Source of the DNA: Eledone cirrhosa
Taxonomy: Eukaryota
Assembly: GCA_964016885.1 (NCBI GenBank)
Contig: OZ024741.1
Location: forward strand, 176,142,001 to 176,206,000
DNA: 64,000 nt
Reading direction: 5' to 3'
Shown: positions 44,551 through 58,352 of the stretch, piece by piece
Numbering within the stretch: the first letter of the stretch is position 1
Layout of the letters: every line of letters starts with the position of its first letter
Made by a program: the position numbers and the translations under genes
Notes under the pieces: model-generated
Database searches by the model: none
The model's input: only the letters and a program-made list of their open reading frames with translations
What the model was told of the DNA's origin: nothing

Positions 44551-45283
44551 ATGCTGCTTGCAGCGCAGGACCAGAGACTACTTACCAGAAACTATCAGAA
44601 GTACGTAATGAAAGAAAGCACTATAAGTAAGTGTAGAATACATGGAGATAGGGAAGAAACAATCAACAACATAGTCTCTGGATGCCAAGCACTAGCCAAA
44701 AAAGAATATATCCACAGGTATGATAGAGTTGGGACCTTTAAAAACTGGAATCTATGCCAGCATTATGAAATACCAACAGAAAAAATGTGGTTCAAACAAT
44801 CAGATGGTACAAACCATTCTCTGGGTTATGCCAATAAATACAGACAGAGAGATCAAGGCTAACCGACCAGATATTATAGAGAAAGACCACAAAGAAAAAT
44901 AAATGACTTACAACAGATATATCTATCCCCACGGACGAGAATATATCTTCCAAGGAAATAGACTCTCCACATATAAAGATCTAAAGGTAGAAATAATCGA
45001 ATGTGGAAAATGAAAACAGAAACAATGCCTATAATAATAGGTGCTCCAGGAATGATAAAAAACACACAGACATAATCCAAACCCCAGGACTCACAAATAT
45101 ATACGACATACAAAAGATCGCACTACTAAGCACTGCACACATATTACGAAAAGTACTATCAATACAATAGAAACAACATCAGCAAAGACTACGCTGCTCA
45201 TAACCAAGGCACACAGAGGTGTGTTCGGTAAAGCAGTAATGATACGTAATAAAAATGATAATGGAAATAATAACAATAATAAC
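44551..45283 (+). mobile_element. R4/Dong-like non-LTR 3' fragment (CCHC knuckle plus restriction-like endonuclease)
   Basis: AAQDQ.L.TR.Y..KCR..ETI..IVSGC..LA..EY..R.D.V; TILW..PINTDREIKANRPDII; PIIIGA.G; ends in a degenerate (TAA)n. Confidence 0.85.
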
Positions 45284-45650
45284 TGTTTCTATTTCGGGCA
45301 GAATATCAGAAATACCCCGATGCATTACTTCTGCTTTAATTTACCGCCCCCTTAAATATGAAAGGCAAAGTTAACCTCGGCGGGATTTTAACTCAGACCT
45401 TAATAGGCCCTAACTCTAAGCTGCAAAGCATGGCGTCCGACTCTCTACCGATACTGCCAATCACAATAATAATTGTTTCTACTTTTGGCACAAGCCCAGC
45501 AATTATCCCAGTGTATTACTGGTACTTTATTTTATCAACCCCGTAAGGATGAAAGGCAAAGTTAACTTCGGTGGGATTTGAACTCAGAATGGCAAGGGCC
45601 GTAACTCTATGCGTCAAAGCATGGCGTCCGACCCTCTACCACTACTGCCA
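45278..45650 (-). mobile_element. Two tandem tRNA-derived SINEs (about 45278-45460 and 45465-45650)
   Basis: Both match the 36824 copy. Confidence 0.8.
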
Positions 45651-47285
45651 ATCTGCCAATCACAATAATAATGGTTTCTAATATAGGCACACGATCAAAC
45701 ATTTTGGGGAGGGAAAAATCGATTATACCGGTCGTAGAACTTAATCCTGAAAAGGTGAAAAGCAAATTTGACAAAGGCCTGATTAAAACCGAAAGCATAA
45801 GAGCCAAAGTATGTACTGCATAGCATGTATCTGACGTTCTAAGGATGTTACGAATTTAAATACGATGAAATATTTCATTAATAAGGAATAAGAAAAAACA
45901 GCAAGGATGCTTCTGTCTCCCCAGAACCAATTCAGAAATGATCAATATAATAATTAAATTCATTTAGAATAGATGGAATTTATGAATTTCTTGAATATAA
46001 TTTTCATATTAGAAATACAAATACTGCACCATGCTTCAGGTGAATTACACGCAGTTTATGACTGTATAGTTGTAAAGTTATGTAGATTGAGGGTACTGAG
46101 TAACGTGATTAAGATCCTAAATTGAAGGAAAACTCCAGTCAACTTTAGAAATAGTTACCGATATATTAAATGTAGTAGAGCTATATGTTATACAATACAG
46201 ACAATTTAGATAATCAAGTTTAGAAACCAAGTTAGATGTTATCTCCACTGACAGTTGATATACTCTAGAGAGGAGTGTACATAAACCTTAATGCAATCAA
46301 TGAAATTATGAAAGTTAAGAAAATACTTTTAACAAAACTCGTGTAGGAAATTGCACATTCTATATACATCGTTATACAATAACAAGATTGCTAAATGACG
46401 AAGAACATGCAAACTTACATTGCAATTGTTCAATTATAAAAACGCCTATGTACAATACTTTACCCTTTAGTCCGAAGCTCAATCTGAAAGCTAATTATGA
46501 ATGAATGGATTTTCAGGGCTGTTCTGCTCACAAATGAGAATACTAAATATAGAATAATGTTTAAAGTAAGTTAAGGGAATCATTTATGTACCAATAAATG
46601 TCCTTCAAACAACTGTTTCCAACCCTTATCTCTTCGTTTTAATTCCAAAGCCCATCATAAATAGTTTGTTCGGGATGTTTGCCTGTCAACAACTTTGCTT
46701 TCATTGCAGTATCTATTGAGGAAATATAGCTGTATGGGGACTTGTGGTTTTGTCGTTTCAGTATACAGCTGAATAGGATATTAATGAAAACCTCCTAACA
46801 ATGCAAAGTGGAGGAAACTTAAATATATTCAGTATTTAATCTTATAAAACTTTAAACACGAACGGAAATATTTGAATCAGGAATAAACTAATAACACTAA
46901 AACCATTACATTTGCAGAAGCAAATAGCATTGTTAAGATGGATGGAGTGCAATATTTAAATCATGGTATACGTTGCTGACACTCAAAAAACTCTTGCTGA
47001 TTGTTAACCAGTGATTGTAGACCCCCTGATAGGTATTGCTTCTTTAAAATGGAAATTATCAACATGACTATTGAACGTTTCGACAGAAACTGTAATTTTC
47101 TACATTCAGGCAGCTGTCAAGATATCTTTCAGCAGACAAGGCTTCCACAGTCATGTGAATTCTAATGCGTATGCATATGAAAAGGAGCAAATGATGCTCA
47201 TTTTGTGAAACATGTTATATTTTACAGATACGATGAAGGACACTCCGTTGGCAGCAAACAATTTGTCAAAATCTCATATCAAATG

Positions 47286-47380
<95 letters not shown>

Positions 47381-47519
47381 AAGTTAAATAAAATTCAAAT
47401 GATTCAGACAGTTTGAATTAGTATTGTATAGACAAGTACATATGTTGTTTAGGTGTATAATATTATCAATACTCTGATATGCCCAGTTCCTTGTTGGGTT
47501 GTTATTTCACTGAGGAACT

Positions 47520-47600
<81 letters not shown>

Positions 47601-50536
47601 CATATATATATATATTCTGACATAGAGGCCCGTTTTTTGGACAGCTATCCTCTTAAATGAGGGTTCGACTAAATTATTTATATGTTCAGCTTTCTTTTTG
47701 CCTAGCGAATCTCAACCTTGTAGACATACCTTTCAAAAGACCGGGAAACATGGGAAAATTCATTTACATGAACGTGGTGTTGATAGTGAAAAGGTTGGCA
47801 CAATAACTATAGCAGATCTAATTGCATTGGTATCATGTAAGTACATTGAAAATATATTTACAGGCGTTGATACAATATCCACCAAGTTAAAGTGGTTCTG
47901 TAATAGCCTGACAAAAAATATTTACCCTGAGGCTTTTGTTAAAACATTGTGATTAAAATGAGAGAAAAAAGAAACAAAGATAAATAAGAACTGCCTATAA
48001 AAAACCTGCTGATTTACGATCCCTTACTTAATTGAATATTTTTTAATGCAATTATGTCTGATATTCGATGCAAATGACGTGTGATGTAGAATTGAGACAC
48101 ACCAAGAGAGGCTGTATTGCAGAACAATCCGAATCATGTCACCACCGAGAAATGGACATTAAAACGGTAATGTCTGCAATTGCGATATAGGAAATGAACC
48201 AGAACTGTTTATTCAGGTTTTATTGGTGTTTGTGATAGGCAGACACGCGAATAGTTCGTTTGATATCTTGCTTAAAATTTTCCTTTAGGAGATTCCAAAT
48301 CCGTTCTCGTTTTTGATTTGACTAAAACAAACATTCTTGAAAATGATCATTCAAAAGTAGTTGTGTGACAAACGGTATGTTGTTCTTAAAATACTTTACT
48401 GCACAACGTCTAGAAACACTTTGAATTATTTTATTTGTTTTTATTCAGTCTTGTGTAATTGATTTAATGGAGAATAAAGTAGTAGAGACGTTTCTAGCTA
48501 AATCTATCAATAAAACCAATATTGCACCAGCTACTTTAGTAAATTGTCTATAAAATACCAAACTGCCAATTTGTATAACATTTCCTCATTGAAGGACGTG
48601 TTAATACAATAACATATTATTGTTGAAATGGTAAAAAAACAAAAAACAAAAGCCAAACGAAAATATCACAAGAACGAGTTTACAAAGAATCCATAACTAG
48701 AGAATATTTATTGAACTGTAAATAGACAAACAAGTTTCAAATGTGCAGGACACTGTCTGGAGATTTGGACAGTCCGATCTTCAAACTCAAATATGTATAT
48801 CACTATACTTTTTTAATTAATTCACAAACAGTGTAACATGGTTCATAAATTAATTGTTATATGACCTGAAGTGTATTTGAAGTAAACATTTTAGGATCCT
48901 AATTTGAGTGTTCTACAATTCAATAAAAATCGTTGCTATTATATAAAAAATAAAACAAGCAACAAAACACTCCAATCTCATATATATTTCAGTGAATTAA
49001 GAAACATTACTGTATGTAAATGGAAAAAAGAAAAATATGTCTGATCTTATGTGGATTCCGGAGATGTAATTTAAATAATTTTATATAGATTCCAACATAT
49101 TTTATGTTGAAATCACCCAATGTTGCCATATTTTCTATATAAAGAATGATAGGAAATGGAACATATGTTATACTGTGAAGAGTAGAAGCAGTCACGTTGT
49201 ATACATATTACTTAGCAATCAAACGATGGTGTTTCAGCGAAGTTGCCTCTAATGCTAGAAATAGCAGTCAAATGTCAAAATTAAATAATATTGCACTTTA
49301 GATCTTATGCAAAAATGTTCATTGAGTTGTAAACATCTTAACTGTATTTATTTCTCAAATAGAGATGGCAAGTTAAATTTAACATGATATTAATTAACCG
49401 AACATCATAAATGGAAATTTGTGAAGTTTTGTTATTAAGTTACGAGCATGCACGAAAGTATATACGGTACAGCTCTAAACACTGATGCCATATAACATTT
49501 ATAGACTTATCGTGTGCTGGGGAAGAAATATCTAGAACACCTACCACATTCTAATAGATAAAACTGGCGCTAAAATATTTAATGGAGTGTGCCAAGAAAG
49601 TTTAATTATAATTACATACATTAGTGAAGAAATGTAATCATTATCGTAATGATTAACTGTGATCAATGGAGTCAGGGGAGACGAAGCAATTTAATTATTT
49701 ATAGATTAGGTTATTTATGATTGTAAGACCTATACTCATTTTAGCCAAATGAAAAAAAAAAAAGAATTAAGCGATAAGACATTAAAAAAGAAGATATATA
49801 CTGATTACTTCTAAGTTTCCCAAATGATTAAGCTTGGATAGTTCAGCCTATACATACGAAGTTAACGCACAACATTCACACACATACTCACACTACACAT
49901 ACACAAACACAAAATAACATGTGTTTCTGTGTCTGTTTAAATCGTCTACATGTGCTGACTACAATATATATTGTTCAGCATATGCAATTCTTAATTATTT
50001 ATCACGTTTTATCAGAAAGCCTATAATAGTGACTATTTACTACGCGGTAGAATTCAGCAATGGGATTTTCGTTAAAACAAATGTAAATAAGTTAAAATAA
50101 CAATAAAATAGAATGAAATACATTCAGTTAGTGTAATAGTAGAGAGGAGAGGGAATGGGCGAAAAGAGTTTCACATTCTAAATCTGTGTGCTGTGATGTG
50201 GAACAATTATTCTTTTAATATTGGTATATTATATAACAGTTCTCCTGCTGTTTAAGCCCAACTCGTCAGTCACACTATATAGAAATGAACATTTGCAACC
50301 GATGATTCATACGCAAAAACAGCGTGTTCTTGTCACACTACTAAGTAAGTGAAAGTCACCGATGAGGGATAAAAATCCAGAAACTGGTGACTGGAATTCT
50401 CACTGTCTAATGAGATTGCTGTGACATGAGCAGAATTGAAAATATTGATAGCCAATCTCTTATACAGTTATATAGTTATTGTACACAAACATGTCACATA
50501 CACCTTCATACACACCCCTATTATATATATATATAT

Positions 50537-50610
<74 letters not shown>

Positions 50611-50738
50611 ACAAAAAATCCGAAGAGGGTTCGATAAGGGTTATATATATAAATAAACCCGTAGAGCAACTATTTATTATAAGAAGAGATTAAAATTTAA
50701 GCAAAGAATCGCTGCTTTCTTCACCCTTAATATATATA

Positions 50739-50774
<36 letters not shown>

Positions 50775-50849
50775 TGTATATTATATAAATAAAGTACCAG
50801 TAATACACTGGCTAATTACTGGCCTCGTGCCAAGAGTAGAAGCAATTAT

Positions 50850-50926
50850 ATATTATATATATATTTTTTTTTACATCCTCATTTTTATGCGTGTGCATGC
50901 AAACAGGTCAATATGCGTGAGTGTAA

Positions 50927-51006
<80 letters not shown>

Positions 51007-51722
51007 GTGTGTGTGTGTATCGAATGTATGGATGTGTAAGTGTGCGTGTCTATATAAGCAAGTATATTTTTGTGTTTCTTTTGTGATATATACGTGTGTG
51101 TGTATACGTGTACCTTGTTTGTCTTCTTTTCTTTAATTTTTTCTTTCTTAAATATTATTGTTCCATTTTTATAAATATATCGAGATTGATACTTTCCTTT
51201 AATTATTACACTACCTTACCGCTTTTACTTCCGCATATAAGTGTACGTGTGTGTAGGTGTGTTTATGCGCGTGCCTTCATTTTCTTATGATGTATCTATT
51301 CTGTCTGTAGTTTACAGCGACACAGATACATTTGCCCTAAAATATATATTTACGCACACTTTTTCACTATACGTATATATTTGTGCATACACATATATGC
51401 ACATCTGTGAGCGTATATACATATACACACACCTAACTATATTTCTTGAAAGATTTTTATATATTTCATATTGTAATTCATTTGTTTATATATTTTTTTT
51501 GCTTTCCTTGATGAGACTTTCCAAGTATTTACCCATGTTTTATATTGCCTCGTCTGACGAACGAATGAAGACGTTTCTTTCGTATTCGCCACATTCGGGA
51601 AACCTCTGGTAATGAGGTAATTATATTGTATTGATTTTTATACATTAAATTTTGCTCTGGTACTTACATAGATCATTCTTCACTTCTATGACCTTTTCTG
51701 TTTTCAACGGAAATTTCAATAC
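50850..51722 (+). mobile_element. Family C element: TG/TA-rich body and hammerhead at 51544-51621
   Basis: AUUGCCUCGU-CUGACGA-ACGAAUG..CAUUCGG-GAAA-CC UCU GG-UA-AUGAGGUAAU; ends at (AT)n. Confidence 0.8.
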
Positions 51723-51736
51723 ATATATATATATAT

Positions 51737-52073
51737 TTCGTTTCTGAATTTGTTTAGCAAGATTCTTTATCTGAGAACGTGTGTTGAAACCGATATTGTT
51801 ATAGTTTGGGAGGGTCATGTTGCAAATAAGAAACACACGCACCAGTTGTTTCACTCCAATTAATTATAAATTTAAAAAATCTTTAAAAAAACCGGTTGGT
51901 TGTTTGGTTCAATATATGAACAACCGTCCGGTTGTGGAACCAACCAACCAACCGGAAATTTATTTAAAAAAAAAAATGTTTGAAAAGATATTTTTTAATT
52001 TATAATAAATTGGAGTGAAATCAGCTGGTGCGTGTGTTTCTAATTGGCAACATGACCCTCCCAAAGTATAACA
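51737..52073. mobile_element. Minimal family A tail-out pair (two pLTR 3' ends only)
   Basis: 51737-51909 is on the minus strand and 51909-52073 on the plus strand; there is no ORF or hammerhead; AT flanks. Confidence 0.85.
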
Positions 52074-52074
52074 A

Positions 52075-52120
<46 letters not shown>

Positions 52121-52148
52121 GAGAGAGAGAGAAATATAAAATATGGAA

Positions 52149-53802
52149 ATATAAAATATGAAAATGAAAAAATATGAGAATAAAAAAATTAAATCAAAGA
52201 GAAAGTAAGAGGGAGGGGTTTTCAATTATAAAGTAACACTAGAAAAAATAGAAAACATACAGAGGTTCGTACACACATATATATATAAATATATATATAA
52301 ATACGTAGAGACAAAAGCACATACATGCGTACATACAAACAAAAGCCCGCATACATACACACGAAGCACATATATATATACATACATGTACATCTAATCA
52401 CACGCACGCACGCGACCATATATATATATATTCATATATATATATATACACATATATATACATATATATATATACATATATATATATATACATATACACA
52501 CACATATATATACATATATATATATACATATACACACACATATATATATATAAGTACGTAAAAAATATAGATATAAAAACACACATACACACACGCATAC
52601 ACACATACACGCGCACATACGAATGCATTCGTTTACATATACAAACACGTATACACACATATGCACACTTACACGCATACATACAATATAAAAACCAGCC
52701 GTATGAATAAATGAGTACAAATTATACGCAAGTAAAAATACATAAAAGCGGCTGAGGGACAACAGAATACATCGGGAGTTGAAAACGCAAGTGACAAGTG
52801 ATATCAGGTAGTGAAAGAAAATGATGTGTGTCTGCAAACATTTAATCAAACGTAACCATGTTGGTACAATAGTACAATAGATTATTATTTTCTGTGTCTG
52901 TATTCTCGTCTTCATTAAAGGAGCATCTTTGTGTTACTTAAACATTATCTCTAATAAATATCAAGATATTTTACCCCCACTCCAATCATATATATCTTGA
53001 TATTTATTAGGGATAATGTTTAATTAACACAAAGATGCTCCTTTAATGAAGACGAGAATACAGACACAGAAAATAATAATCTATTGTACTATTGTATCAA
53101 CATGGTTAGGTTTGATTAAATGTTTGCAGACACACATCATTTTCTTTCACTACCTGATATCACTTGTCACTTCCGTTTTCAACTCCCGATATATTCTGTT
53201 GTCCCTCAGCCGCTTTTATATATGTTTACTTGCATATAATTTGTACTCATTTATTAATACGGCTGGTTTTTATATTGTATGTATGCGTGTAAGTGTGCAT
53301 ATGTGTGTATACGAGTTTGTATATGTATACGAATGCATTCGTATGTGCGCGTGTATGTGTGTATGCGTGTGTGTATGTGTGTTTTTATATCTATATTTGT
53401 TACATACTTATATATATATGTGTGTGTATATGTATATATATATATATGTATATATATATATGTATATATATATATGTATATATATATATGTATATATATG
53501 TGTATATATATATGAATATATATATATGGTCGCGTGCGTGCGTGTGATTAGATGTACATCTATGTATATATATATATGTGCTTCGTGTGTATGTATGCGC
53601 GCTTTTGTATGTATGTACGCATGTTTGTGCTTTTGTCTGTACGTATTTATATATATATTTATATATATATATGTGTGTGTACGAACCTCTGTATGTTTTC
53701 TATTTTTTCTAGTGTTACTTTATAATTGATAACCCCTCCCACTTACTTTCTCTTTGATTTAATTTTTTTATTCTCATATTTTTTCATTTTCATATTTTAT
53801 AT
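52149..53802. repeat. 1.65-kb palindrome (arms about 820 bp, 22-nt spacer at 52970-52991), continuing into a family C 3' end with degenerate hammerhead at 54280-54355
   Basis: Mirror-image ORFs MKTRIQTQKIIIYCTIV at 52915 (minus) and 53046 (plus); arms are reverse complements. Confidence 0.9.
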
Positions 53803-54620
53803 GTTTATATATGTATCGACCTTCAGCCTGACACTGCTTTGACTGATACACTCCCTTCCCTGTATATATCACATGCATGTATGTGGTTGTGCGTGTGTGT
53901 GTGTCTATCGCGTGCTTTCATACTTGTATGTGTATATGTTTCAATCCTTAGTCCCTGAGTCTGTATGTACGCTAACTCTATTATCTTACAATTTCTTTTT
54001 TCAACATATATTATATACGTATTTGTGGTCACACATACACTGATATGCTTGCCCTCATGTATGTACTTACGCACACATTTTTTCATTATACATGCATTTG
54101 TACATACACACATATGTACATTTGTAGGTGCATATACACATATTTATACACATACCCTTACTATATTTCCTTATTTTATTTTTATATATCTCTTGCATTA
54201 CTTTTATTTGTATATTTTTTTTGCCCGTTAAATTTTGCCTTTCTTGAGGAGATTTATCAAATATTTCACTATGTTTTAAATTGCTTTCTCTGACGAACGA
54301 ATGAGGACGTTTCTTGTATTCGTCTTATTCGGAAAACCTCTGGTAATGAGGTAATTATATTGTATTGTTTATTATACATTAAATTCAGCTCTGTAACTTA
54401 CATAGAGCACCCTTCACTCATATGACTTTTTCAATTTTCAACGGAAACTTCAATACTTATATATATATATATATATATATATCAAGTAAGCATATATATA
54501 TATATATATATATATATATCAAGTAAGCATATATATATATATATATATATATATATCAAGTAAGCATATATATATATATTTCAAGTAAGCATGTATATAT
54601 ATATATATATATATATATAT

Positions 54621-55157
54621 CAAGTAAGAATATTTTCGAAACAGCGAGTGGGTTTGAAATTATTATTAATGTAAGCTATCGCCGTATTTTGACTAAAGAA
54701 ATTAAAGAAATTATTTAGCCTGATAGTGGGGTTAAGAACCCTCGGAGAAATGGAAAAAAATGAGTATTGACGTACATGGGAGTCGAATCCACATCTTTGG
54801 GTATCCAGACCCACTGTGCTACCATTTACACCAACACATCACCCGTCTTTTCCCATTCAAATTAGAAGCTATAAACTTAGCGACTGTAATGTCAAGTAAG
54901 AATATTTTCGAAACAGCGAGCGGGTTTGAAATTATTATAAATGTAAGCTATCGCCGTGTTTTGACTAAAGAAATTAAAGAAATGATTTAGCCTGATAGTG
55001 AGGTTACGAACCCTCGGAGAAATGGAAAAAGATGAGTATTGATGTACATGGGAGTCAAACCCACATCTTTTTCCATTTCTCCGAGGGTTCTTAACCCCAC
55101 TATCAGTCTAAATAATTTCTTTAATTTCTTTAGTCAAAATACGGCGTTAGCTTACAT

Positions 55158-55163
<6 letters not shown>
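54621..55163 (-). mobile_element. Family T element: 272-nt unit, a partial second unit and an inverted terminus
   Basis: CAAGTAAGAATATTTTCGAAACAGCGAG at 54621 and 54893; 55069-55163 is inverted; (AT)n flanks. Confidence 0.85.
54769..54840 (-). ncRNA. 72-nt tRNA-like cloverleaf with aberrant anticodon loop
   Basis: GAUGUGU UG GUGU AAAUGGUA GCAC AG UGGGU CUGGAU ACCCA AAGAU GUGGA UUCGACU CCCAU GUACGUC, followed by a T7 run. Confidence 0.7.
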
Positions 55164-55197
<34 letters not shown>

Positions 55198-55392
55198 CAT
55201 ATAAAATTGAAATATAGTCGTCCCAACGCAAAAATGACAATATCGATCACAATAAATTTAAGAAAATCTGGTATAACAACACTGGAGACGGAAAACATGG
55301 TCAGCGGAGCCTGCTAAACAATAAAAACCATATCCATGTTCCTGCAGACCATTCTAAAGCAGATGCCGAGGGACGGGGTCATATGCCTTTTC

Positions 55393-55441
<49 letters not shown>

Positions 55442-55505
55442 CCGACTGATGGCAGGTGTATGCTTCTTTCTCCACAATTTCCATATGTATTCTATTACAC
55501 ACTCT

Positions 55506-55543
55506 GTCTTCTGATGAAAGACTAGTGTCCAAAACGTCAAGAC
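55506..55543 (+). ncRNA. Minimal hammerhead, probably inactivated (G12 to A)
   Basis: GUCUU-CUGAUGA-AAGAC UAGU GUCC-AAAA-CG-UC-AAGAC, between two (AT)n tracts. Confidence 0.65.
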
Positions 55544-55566
55544 TCTCTTCCTTCTATTTCAAGCGT

Positions 55567-55656
<90 letters not shown>

Positions 55657-55661
<5 letters not shown>

Positions 55662-56281
55662 TAAAATAACATATTAAAGTTTAAGCAAAGAATCGCTGCT
55701 TTCACCCTTAACGGGATCTTCTGAAACTAACAAAGTCAATCTGTAAACGCAGAACTGGATATTTCAAAAAACGTTGCAGCCGGAGGAAGACAGGAAGACG
55801 ATACTTTGGTTCGTGGTAACGTTCGCTGGCAAAGAACGGGAAAAAACGAATAATACGTCATTAATAGGAGCGGTGAAAAACAATTACGTGCAAAGACAAA
55901 ACCACGTTTATGGTATAAAAGAGGTCGTAAACTAATGTTCTCTTAGGTGGTGCATATAGACGTTCTCTGGCAATGAACGAAAAAACGAAGATAATAAGTC
56001 ATATGTGGAGCGTGGAGAACAAAAGCACGCAAAGACAAAACCACGTAAATGGTATAGCAGAAGTCGTAGACTAAAATTCTTACTAGGAGACCAAATGAAT
56101 CTCCGCTACAGAGTTAAGAAAAAAGTAAATAAATACGATACAGAAGTAATAGAAACAAATAAATACATACACGCAAACAGATACGTACATACACAAGCAT
56201 ACGCAAAACCTTACCATAGGTATACAAAACCACGCACATATAAATATGTGTGTGTGTGTATGCTTGTGTGTGTATGCTTAT

Positions 56282-56332
<51 letters not shown>

Positions 56333-56500
56333 GTGTATGAGTGTGTGTGTATATATATATGTATGAGAGTGTATGTACACACCTTTTCCCTATGTATGCG
56401 TGCGTTTGACAATATGTGGGTATATGTGTGTATACATATGTTTGAAGGTGTGTTTGTGCTTTTCTGTTCATGATATATACTTTACGTTTTTGTTTTCCTT
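55657..56500 (-). mobile_element. Family G element with CAGAAGA hammerhead-like motif at 55678-55728
   Basis: AGUUU-CAGAAGA-UCCC GUUAA GGGU-GAAA-GCAG..UUGC-UU-AAACU. Confidence 0.7.
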
Positions 56501-57464
56501 TCAAACAAAAGATTGATTGACAGAGTTGACACGCATTCTAGATTCTAGAGTGTTCTGCATGTTAAAGACAGATGTCTGTTTTAAAAGCACTCTTGTTAAA
56601 AATAGTTCATTCTGCCAACAGTTGAATAAGCATTTTCCAATGTACATATGTATAGAATAGAAAAACGTTCGAAGAGCTTAAACATAACGAGGAGTGAAAA
56701 CAAAAATATTGACAAATATGCTTTTTAATATTGTAAAATCTTCGCACTCTCATCTCTTTGAGATTTACGTATTCATATTTTGTCTATAAACGTGTTATAG
56801 CATACATTCATTATATGTGCTTGTCACATAAAATTCATACACACATACACACACACACATACACACCCACACACACACATACCCCCCCCCCCCACACACA
56901 AACACACACACACACACACATCTGCCAGCCAATATTCACACCCACACATACACTAGAACTGTAAAAGGAAGAACAATGTTTCAGGAGGTAAACGCAAGGT
57001 GCGTCGCTTCATAGAAGGGAGGTTGGGAAACTGATTAATTTTTACAAGTTCTATATATGATTTATCACAAAGAACTTTAAAACAACGGAGATAGAAGTGG
57101 GAGCACAGTATCAGAGATATAGTTCGTGCTTAAAATATATTATGTGGTGAAATTTCTACAGTTAGTCTTATTAAATAAAATGTTGAGGTGTCATTATCTA
57201 TTGCCTTTCATTCTTACGAGGTCGATAAATTAAAGCACCAGTAATGCACTGACGTAATTGCTGGCCTTGTGCCAAAAGTAGAAACAATTATCTAATGGGT
57301 GGAAGCTGTGTGAAGAAAAGCGAGTTTTACGTTCCTCATTGTTGCTATGAGAATTATTATTACTATCAACGACAGTCGATCCACTTTCGTCAAATCGGAC
57401 CAAGGAAACAATGTTTCCATTGGTCTTTCCAATTGCTAATACTATCTATCGGTTGCAACACAAG

Positions 57465-57570
57465 CTAGAAGGAGCCATGTGAAATAAAGTGTCTTGCTCA
57501 AGGACATAACGCATCACCCGGACCGGGATTCGAACTCACAACCTTTTGATTTCGAATCAGCCACGCGCCT
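57465..57570 (-). mobile_element. CORE-type SINE head
   Basis: The minus strand reads GAGTTCGAATCCCGG..GCGTTATGTCCTTGAGCAAGACACTTTA. Confidence 0.7.
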
Positions 57571-58227
57571 TGACAAATTATTCCTACATTTATGCAAGTT
57601 TATTTGTATAAAAAATTTGCAAGTTTATTTGTATAAAATGTATGCTATATTATACCCTCTCTCTCTAGCCTTATTTAAATTCTTACACTTATAGTTGTTT
57701 TTGTTACTATTAGTTATAGTTCTATTATTGTTCACATATCGCAACATCCTTTGTGATAGAGAGGCTAAATGTAATTTGTTTTTATTTGAGTGTCTCTTAA
57801 TAACTATGTCTAATCTAAATTTATTGAATAGGAAATCGGAATTTGTTTCAACGTTCCCCCACAGGAATGCCTATTCTGTTTACCATTATAAATGCGAGCT
57901 TACTTAATAACCAATTAATACAAATTAAAAAGTATATGTTAGGTACTATCTATTGTCACTCTCACCTAAACATATTCTTAACAAGCAATATACTTCTATT
58001 ATAATTGATAATCGAGTCCTAAGGCATTAGTATTAGAATTATGACTGTTTATGTAGATCTGCACAGTATTTTTTACATTTAAATACATAGATAACTTTTA
58101 GTAACCGTTATATAACCCAGTATATTGAAGGTCACCATCTAACTTATAGTATATAAAATTGCACTGGCCCAGATTGTAATTGAAGACTGAGTGTTGAAAA
58201 ATCAGACGTCTTTTCATATACCATACG

Positions 58228-58352
58228 TATAACTGTTTCTACTTATGGCATAAGGCCAGCAATTATGACAGTGCATTACTGGTGCTTTATTTTATCGACT
58301 CCGTAAGGATGAAAGACAAAGTTAACCTCGGCGGGATTTAAACTCAGACCGT
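58228..58352 (-). mobile_element. tRNA-derived SINE, 3' two-thirds
   Basis: Matches the 36824 family. Confidence 0.75.

Noticed and set aside
47698-47952. 84-aa ORF and possible minus-strand exon with AAG|GTATGT donor
   Set aside because: No recognisable domain, and all minus-strand frames contain stops.
50354-50392. AGUCA-CCGAUGA-GGGAU AAAA AUCCA-GAAA-CUGG-UGACU
   Set aside because: Hammerhead-shaped, but U4 is changed and the UH cleavage site is missing; probably a relic, so not counted.
54483-54628. CRISPR-like repeat-spacer appearance
   Set aside because: The repeats are 9 nt, the spacers are pure (AT)n, the context is eukaryotic and there are no cas genes.
54718-54752. CTGATAG-hairpin-GAAA in family T
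   Set aside because: The core is not CUGANGA, there is no stem I or III, and it is not conserved in the 8.2-8.6 kb copies.
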